Below are positions 38,053 to 45,948 of a stretch of 64,000 bases of DNA, piece by piece. Source of the DNA: Escherichia phage PNJ1809-36. Each line of letters begins with the position of its first letter. Within the stretch, counting starts at the first letter, position 1. A model generated the notes under the pieces. The model saw only the letters and a list, made by a program, of their open reading frames with translations, did no database searches and was not told the DNA's origin. Both the position numbers and the translations under genes were made by a program. Location: sequence record MT944117.1. One strand, 5' to 3'.

Positions 38053-38411
38053 TTGACGTTCAAATTATGCGCAACGAAAGAATGGACTTCTTTGAAGCAG
38101 TAGAGAAACATCTGATCAGATGGGACTATGAATTTGTTCCTGCTGGATGTGGACCAGTAGAGCATTTAGCGGAAGACGATGATGTATACATGATCATTCG
38201 TCAAGTGTACCAGACAGACCAGTGTGAAGAAACTCCCGAACTGATTTTGTTTGAGTGTAAAGATCTTGCAAAATATTTTGACTATGGCGGAAAAGAGGGT
38301 CATAATCTCTCCAGATACAATAAACGTCTACTTATCTTAGACTACATGCGGAACAACAAACACAAACTCATCGACGCAGACGCAGTTTATGGCTACTGGT
38401 GGATGGATTAA
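38046..38411 (+). CDS. hypothetical protein (121 aa)
   Basis: ORF track; GGAGGA SD. Confidence 0.45.
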   Translation: MLVDVQIMRNERMDFFEAVEKHLIRWDYEFVPAGCGPVEHLAEDDDVYMIIRQVYQTDQCEETPELILFECKDLAKYFDYGGKEGHNLSRYNKRLLILDYMRNNKHKLIDADAVYGYWWMD

Positions 38412-38424
38412 CAAAGGAGAAACT

Positions 38425-38613
38425 ATGGCACGTTTAGCAGATAACCCTGTATTCTACCCCGTTCTTGATCTTTATGATGAATTGACATATGTTGTGGAGC
38501 GGTATAATTACAATGAAGACCTCTTGGAGACAAACCTTAAAGTAGTTCTGATGAAAGCCTATCAGCAAGGGCAACGTGAAATTTTGGAGAGTATGAAAAA
38601 TGCGAATAACTGA
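38425..38613 (+). CDS. hypothetical protein (about 62 aa)
   Basis: ORF track trimmed to ATG with AAAGGAGAAA SD. Confidence 0.4.
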   Translation: MARLADNPVFYPVLDLYDELTYVVERYNYNEDLLETNLKVVLMKAYQQGQREILESMKNANN

Positions 38614-39142
38614 TGATTATGTATTCTTCTTTTCACATAAAGATGTTTTTAGTAATTGGTATATTGCACCCTTTACAGAAACCGAACCAAGTTACAATCA
38701 GACATTTAATTGTGTCGAACAATACATGATGTGGCGTAAAGCTTTGCTTTTTAATGATCACAACACTGCACAGGCTATTCTGACTCATAGCTTAAAACGA
38801 GAAGATGAGAAGATACAAGCTTATTACAAACGTATGGGTAGGGCAGTAGCAGGTTTCGATAACAAAATATGGGAAGAGAATCGTGAGCGTATTGTTATGC
38901 GAGGTTTATGCTTGAAGTATGTACAGAATCCAGACTTGTATGCCGATTTACGTCTATATCAATACAAAACATTTGTTGAAGCAAGTCCTTACGATAAGGT
39001 ATACGGAATTGGAATGGGGATGTATGAACCAGGGGTGCTAAACCCTGCCACCTGGAAAGGGCAGAATCTTTTAGGCAAATATCATAACAAACTGATCGAA
39101 ATACTTTTCCCAGACAAAATACCGCAAAGACGATATTTGTGA
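38600..39142 (+). CDS. NADAR (DUF1768, YbiA-like) domain protein
   Basis: 180 aa; FFFSHKDVFSNW, NCVEQYMMWRKALLF and ASPYDKVYGIGMG...GQNLLGKYHNKL parallel the E. coli YbiA/NADAR motifs (FSNF, EHYFQAQKF, DAYWGDG...GKNRLG). Confidence 0.7.
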   Translation: MRITDDYVFFFSHKDVFSNWYIAPFTETEPSYNQTFNCVEQYMMWRKALLFNDHNTAQAILTHSLKREDEKIQAYYKRMGRAVAGFDNKIWEENRERIVMRGLCLKYVQNPDLYADLRLYQYKTFVEASPYDKVYGIGMGMYEPGVLNPATWKGQNLLGKYHNKLIEILFPDKIPQRRYL

Positions 39143-39197
39143 TATTTTAACTTTTTTCATTTTTAGAACAAAGGTGTCACTTTGTAGCACAGAAATA

Positions 39198-39234
39198 AGG
39201 CTCCTACAGCACCGTAGAGAGCCTGTTATTTTGT
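39198..39234 (+). terminator. intrinsic terminator after NADAR gene
   Basis: aggcuccuac-AGCACC-guagagagccu followed by GUUAUUUUGU. Confidence 0.5.
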
Positions 39235-39365
39235 CCTATACAAACCCTTATCTTTTTCAGTTTGCATCACTAGGATTCGATCTAAGTGGGTTCCTGAAGG
39301 TTTACCAATAAGATTAAAGGTTATCTCAAATTCCCACTACCTATTATCTCAAAAATCCCTCAAAT

Positions 39366-39431
39366 TATTTAAACTTTTTAAGAATTTACAAAAGTGAAAG
39401 TTGAAAACCAAAATTTAAAGTTTAGGAAAAT
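39366..39431. repeat. direct repeat copy 1 (about 65 bp, AT-rich)
   Basis: atttaaac...tttacaaaagtgaaagttgaaaaccaaaatttaaagtttaggaaaatt, imperfect copy of 39505..39570. Confidence 0.6.
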
Positions 39432-39504
39432 TATCTTAAAATGTTAGATACAAAACAAAACTCAAAAGTCAAGGAAAATTTTAAAAATTTTGCGCGCCCA
39501 CAGT

Positions 39505-39570
39505 ATTTAAAGTTTTTTTGCTTTTACAAAAATGAAAGTACAAAAGCAAAATTTAAAGTTTACAAAAATT
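39505..39570. repeat. direct repeat copy 2
   Basis: atttaaag...tttacaaaaatgaaagtacaaaagcaaaatttaaagtttacaaaaattt. Confidence 0.6.
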
Positions 39571-39610
39571 TATGCAGATGGGAATGAGAAGAGTTCTCAT
39601 ATGGAAATGC

Positions 39611-39631
39611 AAATGATAATGATTCGCATTT
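39611..39631. promoter_or_regulatory. Fur-box-like operator A
   Basis: aaATGATAATGATTcgCATTt versus E. coli Fur consensus GATAATGATAATCATTATC. Confidence 0.4.
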
Positions 39632-39668
39632 AGGTTTATAAATGAGATTGATTCTTATTTGATAAGGT

Positions 39669-39689
39669 AAATGATAATCATTCTCATTT
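39669..39689. promoter_or_regulatory. Fur-box-like operator B
   Basis: aAATGATAATCATTcTCATTt. Confidence 0.45.
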
Positions 39690-39915
39690 AGAGAATGACG
39701 CGCAGGGGCGGTGTTTGTCTCGCGCTCCCGTGTCCCCTCGCCATGTAATAAGAATAACAGATCCAGCCAGGAAAGCAAGCGATTATTTTATCTTTACATT
39801 TCTTTACAAATATATAGCGCCCAGCCTACCGGCGATCAACCTTCCAACCAGCGCCCTGGTATGTTAGCCCCGCCTTTACGCCGTGGGGTGGCGCTTCCTC
39901 TTCTGTATGTAAAAC

Positions 39916-39944
39916 AGTATAAGCCCGATCCCTGGGCTTGTCAA
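39916..39944 (-). promoter_or_regulatory. consensus sigma70 promoter (TTGACA-17-TATACT) firing leftward into ORF-poor GC-rich DNA
   Basis: Minus-strand read TTGACAagcccagggatcgggctTATACT; spacer holds the palindrome agccc/gggct. Confidence 0.55.
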
Positions 39945-39946
39945 GA

Positions 39947-40213
39947 TTATTTTTTGTTTTCTTGCCAGGAAAGGACACCTAACCAAAAATGCATATCGCC
40001 CCGCGCCCCTGGTGGGATCTTGCTTTCCCCGCCGCCACTGCAAGCCCATAAATAACCATCAGCAAACGGATCAAAATGGTCTATCTCTTCCACCTTATGA
40101 TCGCCCAGGTTGAGAACGGTTTCAACCTTTAAGCCCGTTGCGCTTGCTACCTGGTGCACCGTGCCGCCTTGCCAGCCCAATGAGTGCATAAGGTGTAATG
40201 TAGTATTTGTCAT
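39947..40213 (-). CDS. hypothetical protein (88 aa) in GC-rich island
   Basis: ORF track; coding-like composition; upstream promoter TTGCTA-17-TATCAT at 40261..40289 and a GC leader hairpin. Confidence 0.35.
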   Translation of the reverse strand: MTNTTLHLMHSLGWQGGTVHQVASATGLKVETVLNLGDHKVEEIDHFDPFADGYLWACSGGGESKIPPGARGDMHFWLGVLSWQENKK

Positions 40214-40260
40214 GGTGTCGCCCTTTCTTTGTTGTGCGCCCTGGTTGGCGCGGTAGAAAG

Positions 40261-40289
40261 ATGATAGCCCTTTCTTTTATATATAGCAA
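40261..40289 (-). promoter_or_regulatory. sigma70-like promoter (TTGCTA-17-TATCAT) for the 88-aa gene
   Basis: Minus-strand read; followed by GC hairpin gcgcc-AACCAG-ggcgc. Confidence 0.4.
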
Positions 40290-40322
40290 GCAAAAAGAAA
40301 ATAAAAAAGATTGAAAAAGTGA

Positions 40323-40381
40323 TTGACGTTCGCCAGGTGGCGGCATAATATTTACCACGTAGGGCGGCAATGGTGCCGCTC
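40323..40381 (+). promoter_or_regulatory. promoter-hairpin cassette U1 (TTGACG-17-TAATAT, leader hairpin gggcggcAAUGGUgccgcuc)
   Basis: -35/-10 then a GC hairpin at the predicted transcript 5' end, then SD and ATG at 40401. Confidence 0.6.
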
Positions 40382-40400
40382 ATTATTTGGAGTTAAGATC

Positions 40401-40598
40401 ATGGCAACATTGCACATTGTGGCGAAAGCTGGACAAATCAACGTAATAGTAAACGGTTTTACTGAGTTCAGTCATCCCCAGGATGATCATGAAACGGTTT
40501 TATCTTTCATTGATTCACTGTTAGAAATGGGAGTAATTACAGAAGATCAGCATACTGCAAAATGCAAGCGCGTTAAGCAGATTGCAGGAATAGAATAA
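40401..40598 (+). CDS. hypothetical protein (about 65 aa)
   Basis: ORF track 40323..40598 trimmed to ATG after SD; the track start is the TTG of the -35 box. Confidence 0.45.
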   Translation: MATLHIVAKAGQINVIVNGFTEFSHPQDDHETVLSFIDSLLEMGVITEDQHTAKCKRVKQIAGIE

Positions 40599-40603
40599 AA
40601 GTC

Positions 40604-40666
40604 TTGACAACAAGCCACAACCTGATAAGATGTATCACATAGGGCGGCGGAATGGTCCAGCCGCTC
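40604..40666 (+). promoter_or_regulatory. promoter-hairpin cassette U2 (TTGACA-16-TAAGAT)
   Basis: Hairpin gggcggcggAAUGGUccagccgcuc. Confidence 0.6.
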
Positions 40667-40689
40667 ACAACAGAAGAGAGATTATAATC

Positions 40690-40962
40690 ATGGCATCATA
40701 TAGCGCAACAATGATCGTAGCTGGCACAACTGGTAAACCTATGAGCGGTGGCGGATCTTTCGCTAATATCAATATTGACGGGCGTTTATCCCTGGACGCA
40801 GCGATTGCCATTGCACGGGAAACATTTAAGAAAGAATGTAATTTCAACAAGCAAGATTATCTCGGTTTCGCTATTGAAAAAACCGCGCGCTTTGTTGATT
40901 ATAAAAGCCCGAAAATGGTTGATACTACACTAAAAGCGCAAGATGTAGCGTTTTTGCTTTAA
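40690..40962 (+). CDS. hypothetical protein (about 90 aa)
   Basis: ORF track trimmed to ATG with AGAAGAGAG SD. Confidence 0.45.
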   Translation: MASYSATMIVAGTTGKPMSGGGSFANINIDGRLSLDAAIAIARETFKKECNFNKQDYLGFAIEKTARFVDYKSPKMVDTTLKAQDVAFLL

Positions 40963-40965
40963 GGC

Positions 40966-41020
40966 TTGACATTAACGAATAATTTGTTAATATGTTACAT
41001 AAAGCGGGAATAGTTCCCGC
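40966..41020 (+). promoter_or_regulatory. promoter-hairpin cassette U3 (TTGACA-16-TAATAT)
   Basis: Hairpin gcgggaAUAGUUcccgc. Confidence 0.6.
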
Positions 41021-41038
41021 TATTTGTAAGGTGGTAGA

Positions 41039-41296
41039 ATGTTTTACATCAAATTAAAAGGTCACGTGATCGCGTTCAAAGATAACGCTTTTTACAGATT
41101 AGCAAAATATGCGTTAATACATCCCCACTATGTTTATATAAGGGGGCGTGATGAAATAAATATCTTTGATCAAACAACATGCGAGAACATCGAGATCCGC
41201 AAGGTTGGCGTACGTGATTATCGTACATCTTTCTACCCTTGCAAGGATTCAGCAAGTCTTTTTAAAGTATGCCAATTGTTGAAAAAAGGTGGTTAA
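41039..41296 (+). CDS. hypothetical protein (85 aa)
   Basis: ORF track. Confidence 0.45.
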   Translation: MFYIKLKGHVIAFKDNAFYRLAKYALIHPHYVYIRGRDEINIFDQTTCENIEIRKVGVRDYRTSFYPCKDSASLFKVCQLLKKGG

Positions 41297-41297
41297 T

Positions 41298-41855
41298 ATG
41301 GGCCGCGAATATGTGATCCAGTCTTGGGTAAAACATGAAGCAGATGATCCGCGCATCATTCCCGATCATCTTATCGATGAATCCACGGGATATAGCGGTG
41401 AGCAAATAGGTAACAGATTAGCACGTAGTAACGGCAACGTAAAAGCGCGTTATGTGCGCCCTGGCTGGCTGGCAAATGGTAACGCTGATTTATCCAGTGC
41501 GGAAGATGCGAGCGACGGCGCGAAAGATAATCCTTTGTACAAAGTTGATCCGGCTTTTCGTGTCCTGGATGAATACCCCAGCAAGATAGCGGCGCTTGAT
41601 GAAGCATTAGAAAGTAAGCGCATAACCTGGACCGCTTACAACATGGCAAAAAACGTACTTGATGGTAAATTGATTCAAGCCGAAAGAAAATTAGCCAAAA
41701 TTGCAGCCATAGCCCAGGAGGAAGACGAGGAGACAACGGAAGAGGAAGAGTACGAAGAGATCCCGCCGTTGTTGTGTATTGATGCTTTTCCTGATTATCA
41801 GCCGACAGAGGAAGAAAAAAGGATCGCACTAGAAAACTTTGAAAATAGTCTTTGA
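41298..41855 (+). CDS. hypothetical protein with acidic C-terminus (about 185 aa)
   Basis: ORF track trimmed to ATG; no own promoter. Confidence 0.45.
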   Translation: MGREYVIQSWVKHEADDPRIIPDHLIDESTGYSGEQIGNRLARSNGNVKARYVRPGWLANGNADLSSAEDASDGAKDNPLYKVDPAFRVLDEYPSKIAALDEALESKRITWTAYNMAKNVLDGKLIQAERKLAKIAAIAQEEDEETTEEEEYEEIPPLLCIDAFPDYQPTEEEKRIALENFENSL

Positions 41856-41910
41856 CATATCGCCGCCACTGGTATAATATTTACCACGTAGGGCGGCAAT
41901 GGTGCCGCTC
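41852..41910 (+). promoter_or_regulatory. promoter-hairpin cassette U4 (TTGACA-15-TATAAT)
   Basis: -35 overlaps upstream stop; hairpin identical to U1. Confidence 0.6.
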
Positions 41911-41937
41911 ATAGTGAAATTATGCAAGAGGTTTACA

Positions 41938-42033
41938 ATGATTAATAAAGAAAATAGCTTGACGGTTGGAACGATTAACGCTATCATTTTCGCCGTTCCA
42001 TTTTGGGTTGTAGTAGCGGCTATTATTTTCTAA
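41938..42033 (+). CDS. small hydrophobic peptide (31 aa)
   Basis: Manual translation MINKENSLTVGTINAIIFAVPFWVVVAAIIF; sole ORF behind cassette U4. Confidence 0.3.
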   Translation: MINKENSLTVGTINAIIFAVPFWVVVAAIIF

Positions 42034-42041
42034 AAATATTC

Positions 42042-42102
42042 TTGACAACGTTTTTTAATCTGATAAGATGTATCACATAGGGCGGCGGAATACTTCCCCG
42101 CC
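42042..42102 (+). promoter_or_regulatory. promoter-hairpin cassette U5 (TTGACA-16-TAAGAT)
   Basis: Hairpin gggcggcggaaUACuuccccgcc. Confidence 0.6.
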
Positions 42103-42123
42103 AAAACAAAAAAGGGTAACACA

Positions 42124-42486
42124 ATGAGCAAGCAAATCAATACTATCATGTTTAATCTGGTATCTTTCCGCGATGATATGAAAAATTTACCACGTGAAAC
42201 GGTTGATATTCATGTTTCAGCTTATCGCGCCCTTATTGATATGTTACCGCTAAAACGTGATCAACATGCCGCTAATATGATGCTTAATGCTATGCTTAAA
42301 AAGATGATTCAAACGGATCTTACTCTGGCGTATGAGTATCAAGGGCGCTTATATGCTACTTACAACAAGGCGGTACCTGGTCTGGGAAGTACCGAAGAGT
42401 TGCACGGCTTAAACTTGGATCAGAACACTTGGGATAGTATGCGCCGCGTTATGGTATGGGCCGAAAGCGGTAAAATTTACGAATAA
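42124..42486 (+). CDS. hypothetical protein (120 aa)
   Basis: ORF track. Confidence 0.45.
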   Translation: MSKQINTIMFNLVSFRDDMKNLPRETVDIHVSAYRALIDMLPLKRDQHAANMMLNAMLKKMIQTDLTLAYEYQGRLYATYNKAVPGLGSTEELHGLNLDQNTWDSMRRVMVWAESGKIYE

Positions 42487-42492
42487 AAACGG

Positions 42493-42552
42493 TTGACACT
42501 GTTTAAAATTCCGGTATAGTTTACCACATAGGGCGGGAAGTGGTTTCCCGCC
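42493..42552 (+). promoter_or_regulatory. promoter-hairpin cassette U6 (TTGACA-16-TATAGT)
   Basis: Hairpin gggcgggaaGUGGUuucccgcc. Confidence 0.6.
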
Positions 42553-42574
42553 AACAATGAAAAAGGTTATCATC

Positions 42575-42940
42575 ATGGCTATTAATATTAATGTTTCCTC
42601 TTATGCTACCCTGGCTAACACGGCTAAAATTGAATTATCCAGCATTGAGGCGGTGCATATTAGCGCCCGTCGCTGGTTTCAACAGTCCTACGGTAACACA
42701 TATTTTTCTTTAATGGTTGACGTTGAGATCGGCGGTAAACTGATCGAGGTGGTTAACGTTCCGTTTCAATATGGCTATGGTGATCATTTTGATACCGTCG
42801 CCCTGGAAGAATTTAGCAAGGTTATCAACCTTGAGGGCAAGGAATTTTCACGCGGCGCGTATCTTTCCCGTTTTTGCCGTGACAATGGGATCACTGTATA
42901 CAGTCATGCAAGCGATGTTAAACGTAAAAAAGATCTATAA
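42575..42940 (+). CDS. hypothetical protein (about 121 aa)
   Basis: ORF track 42557..42940 trimmed to second ATG (MAININ) by analogy with 43447. Confidence 0.4.
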   Translation: MAININVSSYATLANTAKIELSSIEAVHISARRWFQQSYGNTYFSLMVDVEIGGKLIEVVNVPFQYGYGDHFDTVALEEFSKVINLEGKEFSRGAYLSRFCRDNGITVYSHASDVKRKKDL

Positions 42941-42946
42941 AAAGCA

Positions 42947-43008
42947 TTGACAGCACGAATAAAAAGAGTAAACTGTATTACATAGAGAGCGGGAACACTT
43001 CCCGCCTC
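42947..43008 (+). promoter_or_regulatory. promoter-hairpin cassette U7 (TTGACA-16-TAAACT)
   Basis: Hairpin gcgggaaCACuucccgc. Confidence 0.6.
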
Positions 43009-43029
43009 ACTGAAAAAGAGAGAAAAATC

Positions 43030-43269
43030 ATGGCTAAATCTAAAATGTACAACGGTCACAAAAACAAAACTCATTGGAATGTAAGCCTGTGGATTAATAA
43101 CGATGAGGGATTGTATCGGTTTGCATTGGGATTGATCAATGAGTGCGGTAATAAAGATCAGGCGGCTGATTTAATGTGCTACCGTTTGAAACAGGATGGA
43201 ATCACTACAACGCCAGACGGCTTTAAGTATAGTAAAACTGCAATCCGCGCCGCTATGGTTGGAATGTAA
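43030..43269 (+). CDS. hypothetical protein (79 aa)
   Basis: ORF track. Confidence 0.45.
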   Translation: MAKSKMYNGHKNKTHWNVSLWINNDEGLYRFALGLINECGNKDQAADLMCYRLKQDGITTTPDGFKYSKTAIRAAMVGM

Positions 43270-43282
43270 AGGAGACATAAAA

Positions 43283-43363
43283 ATGAAACATCGTTCGACC
43301 TATCTCACAAAACGTTTTAGCTTAGATCATAAATTGGGCTATTACGGAAGAAATAGAAAATAA
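43283..43363 (+). CDS. possible 26-aa peptide
   Basis: AAGGAGACATAAAA then ATG; MKHRSTYLTKRFSLDHKLGYYGRNRK; very short. Confidence 0.2.
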   Translation: MKHRSTYLTKRFSLDHKLGYYGRNRK

Positions 43364-43364
43364 T

Positions 43365-43424
43365 TTGACAACGTTTAAAATTAGTGTAAGATGTATCACA
43401 TAGGGCGGGAAGTGGTTTCCCGCC
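43365..43424 (+). promoter_or_regulatory. promoter-hairpin cassette U8 (TTGACA-16-TAAGAT)
   Basis: Hairpin identical to U6. Confidence 0.6.
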
Positions 43425-43446
43425 AACAACAGAGAGATTAAAGATT

Positions 43447-43674
43447 ATGGCTATCAATATTGTTCGTGTATCCGGCACCGTTGGCAGTTCCCAGGTTGTA
43501 GCAGTTGTAACAAACAAAAAGATTAATGATGTATGTGAGATCTTGAATAAGTGGGCTATTGCTAATTTTGGAGAATATGCGAGCGTCGAGTACATCGAAT
43601 CCTACCAGGTGCCAACCATCAGCCTAACCGATCTCAACGTTGATCGCCTGTTATGCCTGGATGAATTAATCTGA
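43447..43674 (+). CDS. hypothetical protein (75 aa)
   Basis: ORF track. Confidence 0.45.
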   Translation: MAINIVRVSGTVGSSQVVAVVTNKKINDVCEILNKWAIANFGEYASVEYIESYQVPTISLTDLNVDRLLCLDELI

Positions 43675-43683
43675 AAAAGATTG

Positions 43684-43741
43684 TTGACACGGGAAAGAAA
43701 AAGAGTAAACTGTATTACGTAGGGCGGCAATGGTGCCGCTC
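43684..43741 (+). promoter_or_regulatory. promoter-hairpin cassette U9 (TTGACA-16-TAAACT)
   Basis: Hairpin identical to U1. Confidence 0.6.
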
Positions 43742-43764
43742 ACAACAGAAGAGAGATTATCACG

Positions 43765-43980
43765 ATGGCTAATATCCGCACACTGTTAAAAAATGCAAGT
43801 CAAGTTTTATTTTCAGATGACGAGTATTTCAATAAAGACATTACGGGCGTAAAAAGTCTTAAAGATGTAAAGGATGTAATAGGTATTCGCGGATCTTTAC
43901 GTAAGGGCGATTACTACGGTAACAAGGTGCAATATAAACTGTCAAAAGATTATGATTTTACTTTGACAATTATCAACTAA
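43765..43980 (+). CDS. hypothetical protein (71 aa)
   Basis: ORF track. Confidence 0.45.
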   Translation: MANIRTLLKNASQVLFSDDEYFNKDITGVKSLKDVKDVIGIRGSLRKGDYYGNKVQYKLSKDYDFTLTIIN

Positions 43981-43991
43981 GGGATCACAAA

Positions 43992-44150
43992 ATGAAAACT
44001 TGCCAATGTGGTAAAAAGTCTATCTCTGGTTTAAAACGTGGCGTTGCTCTTTGTCAATACCACTATAACGCTCAAACGTGGGGTAAGCAGTGGGCGGATC
44101 AGGTGGAAGAGGCAAAGAAAGAAAATATAAAAGTAGTTGCAAAGAAATAA
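43992..44150 (+). CDS. hypothetical small Cys-containing protein (52 aa)
   Basis: Manual translation MKTCQCGKKSISGLKRGVALCQYHYN... Confidence 0.35.
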   Translation: MKTCQCGKKSISGLKRGVALCQYHYNAQTWGKQWADQVEEAKKENIKVVAKK

Positions 44151-44199
44151 AAATAGAGTAAACTGTATTACATCAAGGCGGCGGAATGGTCCACCGCCT
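44137..44199 (+). promoter_or_regulatory. promoter-hairpin cassette U10 (TTGCAA-16-TAAACT)
   Basis: Hairpin ggcggcggAAUGGUccaccgcc. Confidence 0.5.
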
Positions 44200-44222
44200 A
44201 ACAAAGAGAAGAGGAAAATATC

Positions 44223-44390
44223 ATGATCACTTTCGCTACCCGTGAAGCCGCTCGCAACGTTGCACGTAAAGTTAACGCCGCCAACTTGGGCGCTACGCTT
44301 AAAGCCCCTGTAAAAGATGAATCAGGAAAATGGATCTTACCTGGTCTGCGTCATGCTGACAAGTTAGGTACTTTAAGCCTTAAAAAATAA
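44223..44390 (+). CDS. hypothetical basic protein (55 aa)
   Basis: Manual translation MITFATREAARNVARKVNAANLG... Confidence 0.4.
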   Translation: MITFATREAARNVARKVNAANLGATLKAPVKDESGKWILPGLRHADKLGTLSLKK

Positions 44391-44393
44391 TCG

Positions 44394-44431
44394 TTGACTT
44401 TTCGTTATAGCGCCTTATAATGGGCGCTATA
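44394..44431 (+). promoter_or_regulatory. promoter U11 (TTGACT-16-TATAAT) with -10 inside the loop of a 9-bp palindrome
   Basis: tatagcgccTTATAATGggcgctata. Confidence 0.5.
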
Positions 44432-44464
44432 GAGAAGAGAAACCACTATTAACAAGGAAACATC

Positions 44465-44686
44465 ATGATTACTTTTGCTATTGTCGCCGTTGTTGCTGGT
44501 CAGGTTTACGTAAACGAGACATTTACTACAGAAGACAAGGCCGCAGGAGATATAACCGCCGTTTACAATGAGTGCAAGGCAGTAGAAAGGATGTTATCGC
44601 CTTGTATGCTAATGAGTGAACGTCAGGATGGGATAACAGTATTTACTAACATTGAAACAGGGTACCAAATGGTAGTAACAAAATAA
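44465..44686 (+). CDS. hypothetical protein (73 aa)
   Basis: ORF track. Confidence 0.45.
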   Translation: MITFAIVAVVAGQVYVNETFTTEDKAAGDITAVYNECKAVERMLSPCMLMSERQDGITVFTNIETGYQMVVTK

Positions 44687-44689
44687 AGC

Positions 44690-44747
44690 TTGACACGTAT
44701 TTAATTTTCAGTAAACTGTTACACGTAGGGCGGGAATAGTTCCCGCT
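44690..44747 (+). promoter_or_regulatory. promoter-hairpin cassette U12 (TTGACA-16-TAAACT)
   Basis: Hairpin gggcgggaAUAGUUcccgcu. Confidence 0.6.
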
Positions 44748-44764
44748 AAAAAGAGAGAAAGACC

Positions 44765-45118
44765 ATGAAAGCACAAAATGCAATTAAAGAGTACATCCTT
44801 GCCGCTATCGATTTTAATGATTATGGTATTACAACCGAAAAAGAGAAGATCGCGGAATTGATGCGCCGTTTTAATTCCGAGTACTGGTACCCTGATAACC
44901 AATCACGTTTTAATTATAGTATTGTTAAAGCACTTGCATCATGGTTACAAGGTTTGCCATCAGATATTAATATCGCTTTCGAATATTGGGAAATTGATCG
45001 CTTGTTAACATCCTGGGGATACATTAAAGAGAATAGCAGCGATGATAAAATCCAACGAGAAAGGGAAAATTATTGGCTTTATATTGCAGGCGTGATCCTT
45101 GCTTGCTCTTATGAATGA
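44765..45118 (+). CDS. hypothetical protein (117 aa)
   Basis: ORF track. Confidence 0.45.
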   Translation: MKAQNAIKEYILAAIDFNDYGITTEKEKIAELMRRFNSEYWYPDNQSRFNYSIVKALASWLQGLPSDINIAFEYWEIDRLLTSWGYIKENSSDDKIQRERENYWLYIAGVILACSYE

Positions 45119-45124
45119 TAAACC

Positions 45125-45178
45125 TTGACAATTTTACAAAACAGTTTAAATTAATAATATAGCGGCAATGGTGCCGCT
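45125..45178 (+). promoter_or_regulatory. promoter-hairpin cassette U13 (TTGACA, AT-rich -10 region)
   Basis: Hairpin agcggcAAUGGUgccgcu; exact -10 register ambiguous. Confidence 0.5.
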
Positions 45179-45197
45179 CATATAAAGAGGAAACAAA

Positions 45198-45344
45198 ATG
45201 AATACATCTAATCGCGCAGAAAAAATTCAATCTTCCAAGATCCGCAAGGCCTGGAATGAGGAAGTGATCCGCAAAGGCGACAAGCGCAATAAAACAAAGC
45301 GCGGGAAGAGTGACAAATATAATTGGATGGATTTAGAGAATTAA
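45198..45344 (+). CDS. hypothetical basic protein (48 aa)
   Basis: Manual translation MNTSNRAEKIQSSKIRKAWNEEVIRKG... Confidence 0.4.
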   Translation: MNTSNRAEKIQSSKIRKAWNEEVIRKGDKRNKTKRGKSDKYNWMDLEN

Positions 45345-45350
45345 CATAAC

Positions 45351-45378
45351 AAGGGCGCACCAAGCGCCCTTTCTTTTT
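45351..45378 (+). terminator. intrinsic terminator, copy 1 of a duplicated 28-mer
   Basis: aagggcgcACCAAgcgcccuu followed by UCUUUUU; same sequence at 50806..50833. Confidence 0.7.
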
Positions 45379-45399
45379 ACATGTAGAGGATAAACAAAA

Positions 45400-45585
45400 A
45401 TGACTTTAAACGAGCTTAAAACAGCCTATAACGCAACATTAAAAATAGCCGTGCGTTACCGTGACGAATACGGTTTTATTGCGCAGGGCGTGATCCTGGG
45501 CTTTTCTGACGATGGTTTGATCTATGTTGATGCACATCACAACAAGGTTAAACTTGAAAACGTCATTAGCATAAAATATCTTTAA
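45400..45585 (+). CDS. hypothetical protein (61 aa)
   Basis: ORF track. Confidence 0.4.
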   Translation: MTLNELKTAYNATLKIAVRYRDEYGFIAQGVILGFSDDGLIYVDAHHNKVKLENVISIKYL

Positions 45586-45591
45586 AAGTGG

Positions 45592-45651
45592 TTGACACCA
45601 TAACCGGACCTGTTAAACTGTATTACATCAGGCGGGGAATAGTTCCCCACC
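45592..45651 (+). promoter_or_regulatory. promoter-hairpin cassette U14 (TTGACA-16-TAAACT)
   Basis: Hairpin ggcggggaAUAGuuccccacc. Confidence 0.55.
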
Positions 45652-45670
45652 ATACAAAAAGGTAAATATT

Positions 45671-45877
45671 ATGATCACCGCAAAACAAGAAAAAATCATT
45701 ATCGACGTTGCAGCCGTTGCCGCTATTGCTATTATCGGTACCTACTATGACACCGCGCGTCCTTCCTCCTTGCATGAGATCGCCGCCGTTGCATCAGTTG
45801 GCGTGCTGTTTTACGTTGGTAAACGTTATTTATCACCAATGATTAACAAGCTGACACCGTGGAAAAATAAAGGTTGA
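45671..45877 (+). CDS. small membrane protein (68 aa)
   Basis: ORF track; hydrophobic segments. Confidence 0.45.
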   Translation: MITAKQEKIIIDVAAVAAIAIIGTYYDTARPSSLHEIAAVASVGVLFYVGKRYLSPMINKLTPWKNKG

Positions 45878-45932
45878 TCCTGTTTTATATTGTGTTATAG
45901 TTATCGTGTAGGGCGGCAATGGTGCCGCGCCC
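45874..45932 (+). promoter_or_regulatory. promoter-hairpin cassette U15 (TTGATC-16-TATAGT)
   Basis: Hairpin gggcggcAAUGGUgccgcgccc. Confidence 0.5.
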
Positions 45933-45948
45933 CTTTGAGGATGCAATC

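Noticed and set aside
39560-40370. ORFs 39560..39778 (-), 39711..40055 (+) and 40122..40370 (-) in the GC-rich island
   Set aside because: Low-complexity translations with no RBS that run through promoter, hairpin and Fur-box-like elements.
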